Both the position numbers and the translations under genes were made by a program. A model generated the notes under the pieces. That model was not told the origin of the DNA. It did no database searches and saw nothing but the letters and a program-made list of their open reading frames with translations. Below, piece after piece: positions 21,625 through 33,420 of a stretch of 64,000 bases of DNA; the first letter of the stretch is position 1; every line of letters starts with the position of its first letter. This stretch comes from Macrostomum hystrix. Lineage: Eukaryota; Animalia; Platyhelminthes. Location of the stretch: assembly GCA_950097015.1 (NCBI GenBank), contig CATNEN010000029.1, positions 7,440,001 to 7,504,000 on the forward strand. The letters are read 5' to 3'.

Positions 21625-22888
21625 ATGAAGGCTATCATCAACAGTGTGATCTGTGCTGGCTGCAACTCGCACCTGTACGGTGGCCGGACGGTTCTGGCCG
21701 ACGACGGCAGCCGATTTCATCCGGGCTGCTTCCGCTGCAGCACCTGCGGCGTCTCCCTAGTCAGCAGCCCGAAGGTGCTGCGTATCCAGGGCCGGATCAT
21801 GTGCGCCTCCTGCAGCGTCAGATTCGCGCCAAACTGCGCGAGTTGTCGGCACTCGATTCGTGATAAGAAATTTCTGTACCTGGCGCCCGCCTATTATCAT
21901 CCGGATCACCTGACCTGTCGGGGCTGCGGAGATGCCGAGCTGGCCATGAATGGCTTCGTCATTTTCGGCGGCGGCGACCCCCTCTGCCTGCTGTGCGGCC
22001 TGGCCAATAAGAACCTTGTCTGCTGCGGTTGTGGCCAACTCATCACTGACCGTTTCCTTAGCCACGGCTGTCGGAAATGGCATCTTAAGTGCTTTAGGTA
22101 CGGCTGCAAGACTAAAATAGTCACCTGACACACTGCTCAATCCCCCTGACACACTGCTCAATCCCCCTGACACACTGCTCAATCCCCCTGACACACTGCT
22201 CAATCCCCCTGGCACACTGCTCAATCCCCCTGACACACTGCTCAATCCCCCTGACACACTGCTCAATCCCCCTGACACACTGCTCAATCCCCTTGACACA
22301 CTGCTCAATCCCCCTGACACACTGCTCAATCCCCCTGACACACTGCTCAATCCCCCTGGCACACTGCTCAATCCCCCTGACACACTGCTCAATCCCCCTG
22401 ACACACTGCTCAATCCCCCTGACACACTGCTCAATCCCCCTGACACACTGCTCAATCCCCCTGACACACTGCTCAATCCCCTTGACACACTGCTCAATCC
22501 CCCTGACACACTGCTCAATCCCCCTGACACACTGCTCAGGTGCAGCGATTGCAGCCGCTCTATAAAGCTAGGCACCCAGCGGTTGAGCATTGCGACCGGC
22601 CAGCTGGCCTGCCAGTCGTGCTGCGCAGTGGCGTCGGTCACCTCGCGCTTGACTCTGGCCGTGGCGATGCCGGCTGTAGCGGCCCTTCTGGAATCGGATC
22701 CGAACAATGCGGCGGTGTTGTCACGCCGGCCCTGGGGTCAAGTGACTGGCTGCGACCTGCCTTTAGGCACCTGCAACGGCAAGGAGAACGGTCAGCAGCC
22801 GGGCAAGCTGTTGGCAGCAGCAAGAGGGCTGCAGCAGGGCTTCCAGAAGCAGCAGGTGCGCAGCAAATTAACAAGACACGATGAGTGA
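21625..22888 (+). CDS. Three-LIM-domain protein, 2 exons (21625-22097, 22540-22888), 273 aa
   Basis: Three CxxC..HxxCxxCxxC..CxxC-type arrays (LIM2 reads HPDH in place of HxxC). The phase-2 GT-AG intron 22098-22539 completes LIM3 (WHLKCFR|CSDC..CQSC). Confidence 0.85.
22125..22539. repeat. Intronic minisatellite, 21-bp unit TCCCCCTGACACACTGCTCAA
   Basis: Period 21, about 20 units. The last unit supplies the acceptor CAG. Confidence 0.95.
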
Positions 22889-23129
22889 TGAGGGACCGCC
22901 AGTCCAACTCGCAGTGGTGCTCACCAGCTTCACTGAAACCTTTATCCAGATCGACGAAGACATCGGAGGCATTGAAGTTTCATCGTCAGGGAACACTGCC
23001 ACGATTTATTAACAGGACATTCACTTAGTTGTTGGCCTTTAGTTTGATTTCTTGGCTAGAATTAATTTAAAGCGCAGTTTTCAGTTGTTGTATCTAGGCA
23101 AAGGTATAGGCTACATGGGACCCGTAGGG

Positions 23130-23290
23130 AATAAAAATAAAATAATTTTATTTGCAGAAGGGCTGCGGGCAATGGTGACACTAGACCCACAGCAAGTCTG
23201 CCCATTCTGCTGACTCCTGAGCACAAACGCACACAGGTGTGTACATCTGTCCTGGACTTTCTCATCGTCAGGCAGTGTACAGTTTCAGAC
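23130..23290 (-). mobile_element. SINE family B, 3' half
   Basis: Homologous to 15108-15270 (GGTGACACTAGAC...ACTCCTGAGCAC...AGGCAGTGTAC). Confidence 0.65.
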
Positions 23291-23909
23291 GGTTAGTGTA
23301 AAAGACAGTAGTAGTACAAGGTAATGGCAAATAATTATGCTAAATGAGGCCGTTAAGCAGGTGTAATTGACATAGGCGAAATTTGCATAATGATTATAAT
23401 GTCTGCAACATTTTGGCAAATTTTTGTTCTCATAGCGAGTGGGACTTGGCGCAAGTAAATAAGCTACACAGTGCTGTGTGCAATGGTCATTGAGCGGTCC
23501 ATGCAGAGATAGGGACTGACTGAGAATATTTTTCAGTCTAAGTAACGGCTATACTGTAGGACACTTCATAACGAACTGCTCTTTCTTGGGCGACCAACGT
23601 CCACCCCCCAAACCTCTCTATCCCTGTCTCTGGCTCATTTCTTATACCACAGCGCTTTTTTCTCTGTTTTTCATTACCTAGGCTTAGCAGTTTCTGGTGT
23701 CTGAGTAGGGGCCATTATATTAATCTGCATCTGCTAGACCAAAAGTCTCGCCTTGTGTATCAAACTCGGTCCCGAAAAGGCGAAGCTGTCTCTCTGTCTC
23801 TCTCTCTCTGGTTGTCAGGGCGTCTAGAAACATTTCTAGGCATATTGTGAACGCTTGTGAAAGCTAATCTGGTCTGTCGGCGCCTCAGCAGCGCGGAGTT
23901 GACGGTGAA

Positions 23910-25373
23910 ATGCGTCGATTGAAGTACACCGCACTGCACCGGGCCATCCTGGACTGCCGGGTAGCTCAAGTTCGGCTGCTGCTTGAGCAGTGCGGCGCCG
24001 ATGTCAACAGCCAGGACCTCTACGGTCGAACACCGTTGATGCTCTGCTGCGCCCTGGACAATCAGCGCGCCGCCGCAGCCATGGCCCGCCTAGTGCTGAC
24101 AGCCGGGCCGGACCTCACGCTGAAGGACCAGCTGGGCCGCACCGCGCTGGCCTACGCGTGCCTGTTCAACCGGGAGTCCATGGTTGCCCGGCTGGCTGAG
24201 AGCGCAGTCATCGACCCGACGGAGCCAGACAATGACGGCTGCACGCCGTTGCACCACGCCGCTGCAGGTGGCAACTCGCACATTGTCTGCCAGCTGGTCC
24301 GCGCCTGCGTAGAGGGTCGCAGCAGCGTCGACTGCAGGAATCGGCTGGGCTGGACTCCGCTGATGCTGGCCTGTCGGATGAGGCGCTATCACTGCGCCCT
24401 CTTCCTGCTCCTCGACGGCGGCGCTTCCGGCTTCCTGAAGGACGACGCACACTTTCTCAGCGCTCTGGAGTGGCTGAGGCATGCGGAGCCGCTGCCGCCG
24501 ACGGTGCTGCCGACGCCGCGACAGCCGCCGCTGCGCAGGGCGGACACGGCGCCGGAAGTGGCGACTTCAGTGCAACGACAACGGCTGCGTCAGCAGCAGC
24601 AGCAGCAGCAGCAGCCGCCATTAACCTTCCTAACCGAGTACTCAAGCCTCAGCGGAGGCAACGGAAGACTGTCCAGATCGCGCACTTTTGCTGGCGGCTT
24701 TGCCTCGTCTACAGCAACGCCGCCTCCGCCGCCTCCGCCGCCGCCGCCGCTGCCGCCGCCGACGCAGTCGCTGGATGGAGCCGACGAGTCGAGTAGCCGG
24801 CCAACCACAGTCAGCGCCAACAGCAGAAGCCGCTACACCAGCGCCTCCGGAGACACAGTCTATGTCAATGTCGACGAGTTATCGGCCAAGGAAGCGCGCG
24901 ACCTGCTGGCTGATCGACTGCGCGCCCAGGCAATGCAGTTCCCGTATCCGACTGTCCAGAAGCAGAGGCTGCCACCAATGGGCTCCCCGCAGCGCCAGCA
25001 GCATCAACAGCAGCACCGGCCAAACACCCGCGACCTGCAGTCGCTGCGGCCGCCGCCGCGATACAACGCAGTCTCGAACGCCTGCCAGCTGCTCGGCCTG
25101 TACCATGCGGCGATGACGGCGCCGAAGCCGGCGACTGTGCTGCGCGAGGACACCGGCGTCTCGGACCTGACGCTGGGCTCAGCCGAAGCCAACGGGGCTC
25201 CGACGTCTGACTATGACAAAGGGCCGGGGAAAGTTGGCGCGCCCGATGGGCACCCCGCCTTGACTCGGCGAACCAGCGTGATGACACACGAATCTGCCGC
25301 CGCCGCAGCCGCCGCAGCAGCTGCTGGCAAGGACAGCAAAAAGAGCGTGAAATTCAAGGAGGACTCAAAGTGA
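23910..25373 (+). CDS. Ankyrin-repeat protein, ANKRD63/ANKRD34-like (about 5 N-terminal ANK repeats plus low-complexity tail), 487 aa
   Basis: Repeats TALHRA, GRTPLMLC, GRTALAYAC, GCTPLHHAA and GWTPLMLAC in a single open frame. Confidence 0.88.
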   Translation: MRRLKYTALHRAILDCRVAQVRLLLEQCGADVNSQDLYGRTPLMLCCALDNQRAAAAMARLVLTAGPDLTLKDQLGRTALAYACLFNRESMVARLAESAVIDPTEPDNDGCTPLHHAAAGGNSHIVCQLVRACVEGRSSVDCRNRLGWTPLMLACRMRRYHCALFLLLDGGASGFLKDDAHFLSALEWLRHAEPLPPTVLPTPRQPPLRRADTAPEVATSVQRQRLRQQQQQQQQPPLTFLTEYSSLSGGNGRLSRSRTFAGGFASSTATPPPPPPPPPPLPPPTQSLDGADESSSRPTTVSANSRSRYTSASGDTVYVNVDELSAKEARDLLADRLRAQAMQFPYPTVQKQRLPPMGSPQRQQHQQQHRPNTRDLQSLRPPPRYNAVSNACQLLGLYHAAMTAPKPATVLREDTGVSDLTLGSAEANGAPTSDYDKGPGKVGAPDGHPALTRRTSVMTHESAAAAAAAAAAGKDSKKSVKFKEDSK

Positions 25374-25789
25374 AGCGTCTCAACTGATCGGCTTTTAGTG
25401 TAGTGGAAAATTTTAAACTTGCTCATTTTAATGTTTCTCAGCGTTCGGCTTTCTACTTTCAGATTTTTCTAACCTTAGCAAATCGGGTTCCATGTTCCAT
25501 GATACAATATCCGCACACACTATTTATTGTGTTTTCTGTTTCTTGTTGCTGAATTATAACTTTTACAAATGAATAAAACTATATAAATGTAAAATCTAAT
25601 AGCATGACGTCTAGCTGGATTAATTTGAAGTGCATTGCAAACTTTGTTATGAAAATCACAGAGAACAATAGTACTTCTTTAAGAACTTTTACGTAATGAA
25701 AAGTTGCCATTATAAAATTAAATTAGCCAATTCAACTGTTCATAGAAATTGTTTTGAAATAAGAACTGATCGGGTTCAATTAGTATTTT

Positions 25790-27129
25790 TTAACAGTAGA
25801 ATGACAACGCTATTTTTCCCCTGTGGTATAGACCACGGTGGTATTTCAAATTCCCACTGCCTACTTCACGATAGATCCCAAACCGAATGACCGATTTTCG
25901 TGAAAGTCCACCATTTCTCAATCAAAATTTTCCACCCTTTACGATGAATTAACTTTTAAAGCCATCCGATTCGGCATGGTCGAGATATCAGCGATTCTTG
26001 GTGGTAAGTACAAATAATATTGCTCTGTATATGTACACACCTGTGTGAGCGTATGCCTGCGTACAGTATCTGTGTGCGTGTGTGCTCAGGAGTCAGCGAA
26101 ATGGGCAGAATTGCCTCCTCGCTGGCTGCGGGTCTAGTGTCACCAAACTATGTGTCATGGCCCGCAGCCCTCCTGCAATTATTATTATTATTATTGCTCT
26201 GTATAAACTTCTACGGCGAATCCATATAGGTTCAAAAGTGAAAAAAATAATGATTTAATCAATCCAAAATAGTCAACAATGTGTTGTGCGTGCCCAACCC
26301 TCCCCGAGGCCTGTGGCAGTTTTTCTCTCTCTCTCTCTCTCTCTTGTCTCTTGCTCTAAGCTGCGCCCATCCCCCGTGTACTGACCCAGGGGTTAGGGGC
26401 TTACACTCCACCCCCTGGCGCGGCCTGCCCCTCCTTTTCTTTCCTCCCTGACTCTGCGGCCCTGCGATTGGCCTGCCCTTTTTTTTCTACCCTCCCCCGT
26501 TCCTTCGTGCCCCTGCCCTGGCCCCAGCGATTGGCTGGGCCGGTTAGTCTCACTTTCCCTGGCCCTCCTTTCTCTGCCCCACCGCTTATTTAAAGAGCCG
26601 ACCCCACTGTTTTTGTCCTACGTCCTCACGGTCATCAGTGCGATAAATCGATAGAACTGCTATACAACCAAATATACACCCAACCTCTAACTCCGGATAA
26701 CTCGTGAGTGGGCTTCCTGTTCTTCCGGGCGTCGCGGGGCACTCGGAGTGAACTCTCGCTCTGCTTAGGGACCTGAGTCCTCGCGAACTCTCGCAGGTCT
26801 CAGGGCGGCGTCGTCAAGGGATCAGGCGGGCGGGACCCGGGTTGTTCCAGCTAGGGGGTCCCTCTCCCGGGCTGTCGCCCAGCTTAAAATTATAGGCATA
26901 ATTTTGTGAGCAGAAAAACGATGCCTATATAGGTGGTTTTTGCCACCAGGCACCCCGACGAGAGTCGTTGAATATCTCGACGATGCCGATGTTTTGTGAT
27001 TCTGAAAGTTGTTTCATCGAATGAATAGAGCGGAAACTTTTAGCCCGTTTTCTGGATTTTAATAGCGATTGGTTAAATATTTTGCGAGTTATTTAAAATA
27101 TATACCCCCAGTGGTCTTTCAACTGTTAA
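25790..27129 (+). mobile_element. TTAA-flanked non-autonomous DNA transposon (piggyBac-like) with nested insertions
   Basis: TTAA at 25790-25793 and 27126-27129. Imperfect 15-bp TIRs CAGTAGAATGACAAC / CAGTTGAAAGACCAC match at 12/15. Homologous to the copy at 10572. Confidence 0.65.
26032..26191 (+). mobile_element. 5'-truncated SINE family B with 14-bp TSD
   Basis: TSD TATTGCTCTGTATA at 26018-26031 and 26192-26205; (ATT)n tail. Confidence 0.75.
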
Positions 27130-27181
27130 AGTGCAGTAATTATATTTTTTAAGAGCTCTGAAGAAGAACTCCAGGCGGAGA

Positions 27182-30100
27182 CTAAACTCGCAGCTTCACA
27201 ACCTGCAGCAGCCGACTGCCTCGTCGGTAGGCGAACAGCCTCCGCCCGGCACCGTCGAAGGCCAAGCCCTCCACGGGCAGTCTGGGCTGGTGCTTGCATT
27301 CCGAGCAGCCAAGAAAGCAACGGCTGCAACGGCAGCGGCAGCCGATTGCCAGAGCCAGCTTCCAACCGCCCACTGCGTCACTCCGCTGCAGTACACGAAT
27401 GCCGTGCCTCGGCTGGTCGTCCTGCGAAGCCCGGCTGGCTCCGCTGTCATCGATTTCTGTCATAACTTCCTCCCGACCAGCTAGAAAGAGCAGGCAGCCG
27501 CGGCAAAACTGGCCGTCTGACAATGATTATTATCTGGCTTATGATTTGATCCGAATTATATTTTCGACCGCATTCGGGGTGATGTAAGATTGGGCATAAG
27601 ATGAGAGATACACATGCGGAGTGAGGTGGTTGTTTTGGGGTAGAGACACACGAGCGGAGTGAGGTGGTTGTTTTAGGACAGAAATACATTGGCGGAGTGA
27701 GGTGGGTGTTGCGGCACCGAGAGACTTGCGGAGTGAGGTGGCATGAAGACACAGTCAAAGCTGTGACAAAAAGCTATTTTGTTAACTGGTGTTGTTGGTA
27801 CTCTTATTTGTTATTCAGTGAAGTTTTCCTTTTTTACTCAAAATAGCAAAAAATTATTTTCCTAACTAACCTTCCTCTGCTCCGCAGCCGCAGCCGCCAG
27901 TCATAGCAGTGCAGTCTGCTAGGCCAAAGTCTCCCGGCAGTAGTTCTTTATCAGCCGGAACGTCGCAAGCTGGCGCATTCGCTGAACCTCCGGCTCCAGG
28001 CGCAGTAGCAGCCCGCCGAAGCCGGCGAAGCAGCTGACGCCGGTCCAGTGCCGAGATTCCTTCGCTGTGCAGCAGTAGAAGCTGTCCGGAATTCGCCTGC
28101 GAGCTGGAGCTCGCAACAACGGACCGAAGACCGGCAAGCGGCCGGCCAGAGATGGTTGACACTGAGCCCAGCCTGAACAGGCGGTCAGACCCGTCCCAGG
28201 ACAGAACCTGCGGCGGAAACGGGAAACTTGAGAAGCAAGGATTGCAAAATATCCCACTCCCCGATTGTTCTGGGCTGGATCTGCCGCTCCCTCCGTGAAT
28301 CTACCGCTCCCTCCATGAATCTACCGCTCCCTCCGTGAATCTACCGCTCCCTCCGTGAATCTACCGCTCCCTCCATGAATCTACCGCTCCCTCCGTGAAT
28401 CTACCGCTCCCTCCATGAATCTACCGCTCCCTCCGTGAATCTACCGCTCCCTCCGTGAATCTACCGCTCCCTCCATGAATCTACCGCTCCCTCCGTGAAT
28501 CTACCGCTCCCTCCATGAATCTACCGCTCCCTCCATGAATCTACCGCTCCCTCCGTGAATCTGCCGCTCCCTCCGTGATGTCGCCCCCATCCCAGAATCT
28601 TCAGTCCTGTCGCTAACCAGCATCTCGGTTCCATTTTGCACAGCCAGCAGAGCCAGTTCCTCATCTGCCCAAAGGCAGGCTGGCCGAGTACCGGCTTGAA
28701 AACTCTGGTGGCATCGGCCCGAGGCCAGGTCGACCACATGCAGCTTCTCTCTGTACCGGTCTGCCACTAGAAGATGCCTTTGATGCTGCTGCTGCGACTG
28801 ATGACGTAGACACAGGCTCGTCAAAGTTCGTTCTTCACGCAGTCCTTCAGGTGCTAGACTGGCTAGGTGACGACCGGTTTGACAGTCCATTGCTTCCACC
28901 TGAGGTTGATAGTAAAAATATTCGATTTACATTTCTTACACACTTTCTATAGTTGTGTGATCGGGAACTGCAATTCCGAATGGAATCTAGAATATAGGGT
29001 ACTGGGATATCGGCATCCGGAGTTGAGGATCTTAATTATTGTGGAAATCAATTTGGGGATCTGGAATTTAGGATCTATAATTGAGGATCTATAAAATTGA
29101 GGATGAGGAATTGAGGATCTAAAATTAATGATCTGGAATTGAGGATCTGGAATTGAGGATCTGGAATTGAGGATCTGGAATTGAGGATCTGGAATTGAGG
29201 ATCTGGAATGGAGGATCTAGATCTAAGAATCTGGAATTGAGGATATGAAATTGAAGGTATGGAATTAGAGATCTGGAAGTGGGAAACTGGAATTGAGGAT
29301 CTGGGATTTTTTATTTGAAATTAGGAATCTGGAATTCTGGGTATGGAATTTAGGATCTGGAATTGAGGATCTGGAATATGGGATTTGGAATTAGGGACCT
29401 AGAATTGGGGATCTGGAATATGGGATTTGGAATTAGGGACCTAGAATTGGGGATCTGGAATATGGGATTTGGAATTAGGGACCTAGAATTGAGGATCTGG
29501 AATATGGGATTTGGAATTAGGGACCTAGAATTGGGGATCTGGAATATGGGATTTGGAATTAGGGACCTAGAATTGGGGATCTGGAATATGGGATTTGGAA
29601 TTAGGGACCTAGAATTGAGGATCTGGAATATGGGATTTGGAATTAGGGACCTAGAATTGGGGATCTGGAATATGGGATTTGGAATTAGGGACCTAGAATT
29701 GAGGATCTGGAATATGGGATTTGGAATTAGGGACCTAGAATTGGGGATCTGGAATATGGGATTTGGAATTAGGGACCTAGAATTGAGGATCTGGAATATG
29801 GGATTTGGAATTAGGGACCTAGAATTGGGGATCTGGAATATGGGATTTGGAATTAGGGACCTAGAATTGGGGATCTGGAATATGGGATTTGGAATTAGGG
29901 ACCTAGAATTGGGGATCTGGAATATGGGATTTGGAATTAGGGACCTAGAATTGGGGATCTGGAATATGGGATTTGGAATTAGGGACCTAGAATTGGGGAT
30001 CTGGAATATGGGATTTGGAATTAGGGACCTAGAATTGGGGATCTGGAATATGGGATTTGGAATTAGGGACCTAGAATTGGGGATCTGGGATGAGGATCTA

Positions 30101-30582
30101 GTTGAGGATCACGATCTGGTATGAGGATCTTGCTGAGGCACCTGCTGATTATTGAAGTCGCGTCGCAGGCACAGCAGGGCCTTCCGCTTCTGAAGGTAGA
30201 CTGGCGCATAGCACACATGGCTCAATTCCAGCAGTTTCACTTCCGCCTTGGCCAATCCTGAAACTCTTGACATCTTTAGTCGGTCATTCTCGGCCTCCAG
30301 CAGCAGCAGCAGACGCCCGATGCTCTCAACAATGTCCCCGACATCAGCCGGCAGCTCATCCGGTGGCTGCAGGCATTGAGCGTCGCAGGCTGGACAAGCG
30401 ACTGCCCGGTCGGTTGCTAGGCGCCATCTGCTCGCATAGCAACCATAGCAGACGGAGTGTCCGCAGGATGGCAGGCGTCGGATTTTGGTCAGAGTTGACG
30501 GGCTGGTTGACCAGTCAAGGTCGCAGGCTGGGCAGCGAATAGCCAGTCTTGCTGAGGCAATGGCAGATTTCATTGAGGTCAT
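27182..30582 (-). CDS. RING-HC (C3HC4) protein with C-terminal NHL-like beta-propeller segments; 4 exons, 452 aa
   Basis: Exons 30582-30142, 28899-28618, 28207-27871 and 27480-27182, with GT-AG phases 0, 0 and 1. RING: CPAC..CGHSVCYGC..CPAC. Propeller-like strings: HLLVADRYREKLHVVDL and VEGLAFDGAGRRLFAY. Confidence 0.75.
28280..28578. repeat. Intronic minisatellite, 20-bp unit CTACCGCTCCCTCCGTGAAT
   Basis: Period 20. Confidence 0.95.
29090..30115. repeat. Intronic minisatellite, 14-bp unit GGAATTGAGGATCT homogenised into a 42-bp trimer
   Basis: 14-bp period at 29150-29210; 42-bp period from about 29360. Confidence 0.95.
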
Positions 30583-30884
30583 GGCGCAATTTCTTGCAGA
30601 GAAAAAAGCGACTAATTTAAAGTCAATTATAACAAACTGGCTGTCCTTTTTAACCCAGAAAGAATTAAGATATGAAGACCAGTCTTTATATCGTTAGAGC
30701 TCTTTTCTAACTTCAAAGTTCGCTAATGCACAGGTTAGATAAGGCTAGTACAGCTGAGTGAGGCCTGCCCGCGACATTTTCGCGACGACAACCTTGGAGT
30801 CTGTCAAACTTTATATTTACAATAATGTGCACATTGGCCCATTAGATATGCGCTACAACTACTGAAGCAGAGGAGGCACGAGTA

Positions 30885-31692
30885 GTAACCTAGGGTAATG
30901 GTCTACTGAAGCACCGGTGGATTGTGGGGTGGTAGTCTAGGGTAATGGTCTACTGAAGCACCGGTGGATTGTGGGGTGGTAGTCTAGGGTAATGGTCTAC
31001 TGAAGCACCGGTGGATTGTGGGGTGGTAGTCTAGGGTAATGGTCTACTGAAGCACCGGTGGATTGTGGGGTGGTAGTCTAGGGTAATGGTCTACTGAAGC
31101 ACCGGTGGATTGTGGGGTGTTAGTCTAGGGTAATGGTCTACTGAAGCACCGGTGGATTGTGGGGTGGTAGTATAGGGTAATGGTCTACTGAAGCACCGGT
31201 GGATTGTGGGGTGGTAGTCTAGGGTAATGGTCTACTGAAGCACCGGTGGATTGTGGGGTGGTAGTCTAGGGTAATGGTCTACTGATGCACCGGTGGATTG
31301 TGGGGTGGTAGTCTAGGGTAATGGTCTACTGATGCACCGGTGGATTGTGGGGTGGTAGTCTAGGGTAATGGTCTACTGAAGCACCGGTGGATTGTGGGGT
31401 GGTAGTCTAGCGTAATGGTTTACTGAAGCACCGGTGGATTGTGGGGTGGTAGTCTAGCGTAATGGTCTACTGATGCACCGGTGGATTGTGGGGTGGTAGT
31501 CTAGGGTAATGGTCTACTGAAGCACCGGTGGATTGTGGGGTGGTAGTCTAGGTAATGGTCTACTGAAGCACCGGTGGATTGTGGGGTGGTAGTCTAGGGT
31601 AATGGTCTACTGATAGCACCGGTGGATTGTGGGGTGGTAGTCTAGGGTAATGGTCTACTGAAGCACCGGTGGATTGTGGGGTGGTAGTCTAT
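30885..31692. repeat. Tandem repeat, 47-bp unit x about 17
   Basis: CTAGGGTAATGG recurs at 30890, 30937, ...; no spacers. Confidence 0.95.
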
Positions 31693-33344
31693 ACTATACA
31701 AACTATACTACTAGGACTATGATAATGAGTAGAGCAGCGTGCATTATAATTTTCTCAGATTCTACAGGCAGTTTAGATTTCTGGAAAATGAAAATAAAAT
31801 TCATGATTCGCTTTTTTCAATTATTTTACTTAGTTTTCAACTAGAATCTCTCTTAAAAGTTCAACACATGATAAATGTTTTCAAATAGTCTAGCCCAAAC
31901 CCTGTCAATTCAATCTGAATTTGCTTTTGCAACTGTTGCAGTGAAAATGTTTCTAAGGGTTGCGCTGGTCTGTCCACCCCCCCACCCCCAGCTGTAACGT
32001 GAAGTCGCTTGGCGTTAAATGCCATTCCGTTTGGTGACGGTTTGGGAGGAACGCGGCATTTGAAGCGAGTTACATATAGAAAGCCTTGACGCATTACAAA
32101 GCTAGTCTTTGAAATCTGTCCGTTGAATTTTCTTTGACGCCAGCAAGTCTAGGGGGATTTGCTTGGCTTTCGTATTGTGCCAAGGAAACAAAAAACTCCG
32201 CTTTTAAAAGCTTTACGGGGGGGGCGGTTTCTTGTGCACAGATTTTTATTTTACAGCGCGGAGTCAGCCCGCAATTTAAGAACTAGTATAGTTTCTTTAA
32301 TAACTGGCAAAGTTGTTCAGTCCTCCACTTAAAATTTGTCTCTTTGTTCTTGACACCAAGAAATATAATATTTTTAGCTAAAATAAGAATCCATCAGATA
32401 TTTCTGACGCTTTGGCTGTCTTGGACTTCTACAGTCTTTGATTAAAACTTGATTAATAAAGATTTGGTCTAAGAGACTAGGACATAAAATGTGACCACAG
32501 TGACACTCAGTCCATCCAGTCCATGGACTGGACTGCTCTACGCAGCCTTTGGAAGCACCACGCAACTGGGAAACTGGTTGTAGATCTAATCCAACTGGTG
32601 CTTATAGGAGTAAATCTGGGAGACACTGGAGAATTACAACTGTTGCAACACCAGATCGCTACTGATTAATAGGCTAGATTAGTTTGAAACAAAACACACA
32701 ACAGACACATTACACAGAGGCCCAGCGGTGCGCCAGATTCCAATCCGATACAGTCCCAATCTTCATCGACTTGCGACACAAAAAAGCAGAAGATTTGGGA
32801 TCTGGGAGTAGTTGGGTTTAGGTACGGATCCATTTTGCAAGCACAATTTATACTACAAGCTTAGCATGCGGCAACAGCTGCACCAAGGATGGGTTGGTGT
32901 TTTTTTACAGGGATTAGCATTTCCGTGGGGAGGTTTTTGAGGGTGGGGGGAGATGTGTTTGTTCCGAAAGGCGTGAAAATATGTGTTGTTCAACGGCACA
33001 CTACGTCGGCCCCTATCCTTTCAAAGTTAAAAAGCATCTTACAAGGGATGTTATTGCCTTTGTCTCCGCGTGGCGCGCTGATAAAGCTGGCATCTGATCA
33101 TATCCCCATTCTATTCTTCTCCCTCGCAGTCGGATGGTGCACAGCTGTCTGTTGCGCCTGTCCTGCGGTAGCTATGGCCGCGTGATCTGACATTTTATCC
33201 CCGGGACTTTTCCAGAACTCTTGACTGGGATGGCATATCAAATCAAAAAATAAGCTGCAAGAACATCTTAAATCATCAAATCTGCATTGAAATTATTTTG
33301 CTTAAAGGAAATTTTAAGGATCAAAAGAGTGTCTGATAGCTGTA

Positions 33345-33420
33345 GTACTTCTGATATGGGAAATTTCTGATATGGGAAATTTCTGATATGGGAAATTTCG
33401 GATATGGGAAATTCTGGAAG
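33345..33420. repeat. Short tandem repeat, 16-bp unit TTTCTGATATGGGAAA
   Basis: About 4 copies. Confidence 0.8.

Noticed and set aside
29363-30124. 253-aa WNMGFGIRDLELGI ORF; similarly 40273-41062, 47439-48050 and 52389-53096
   Set aside because: All are tandem-repeat translations.
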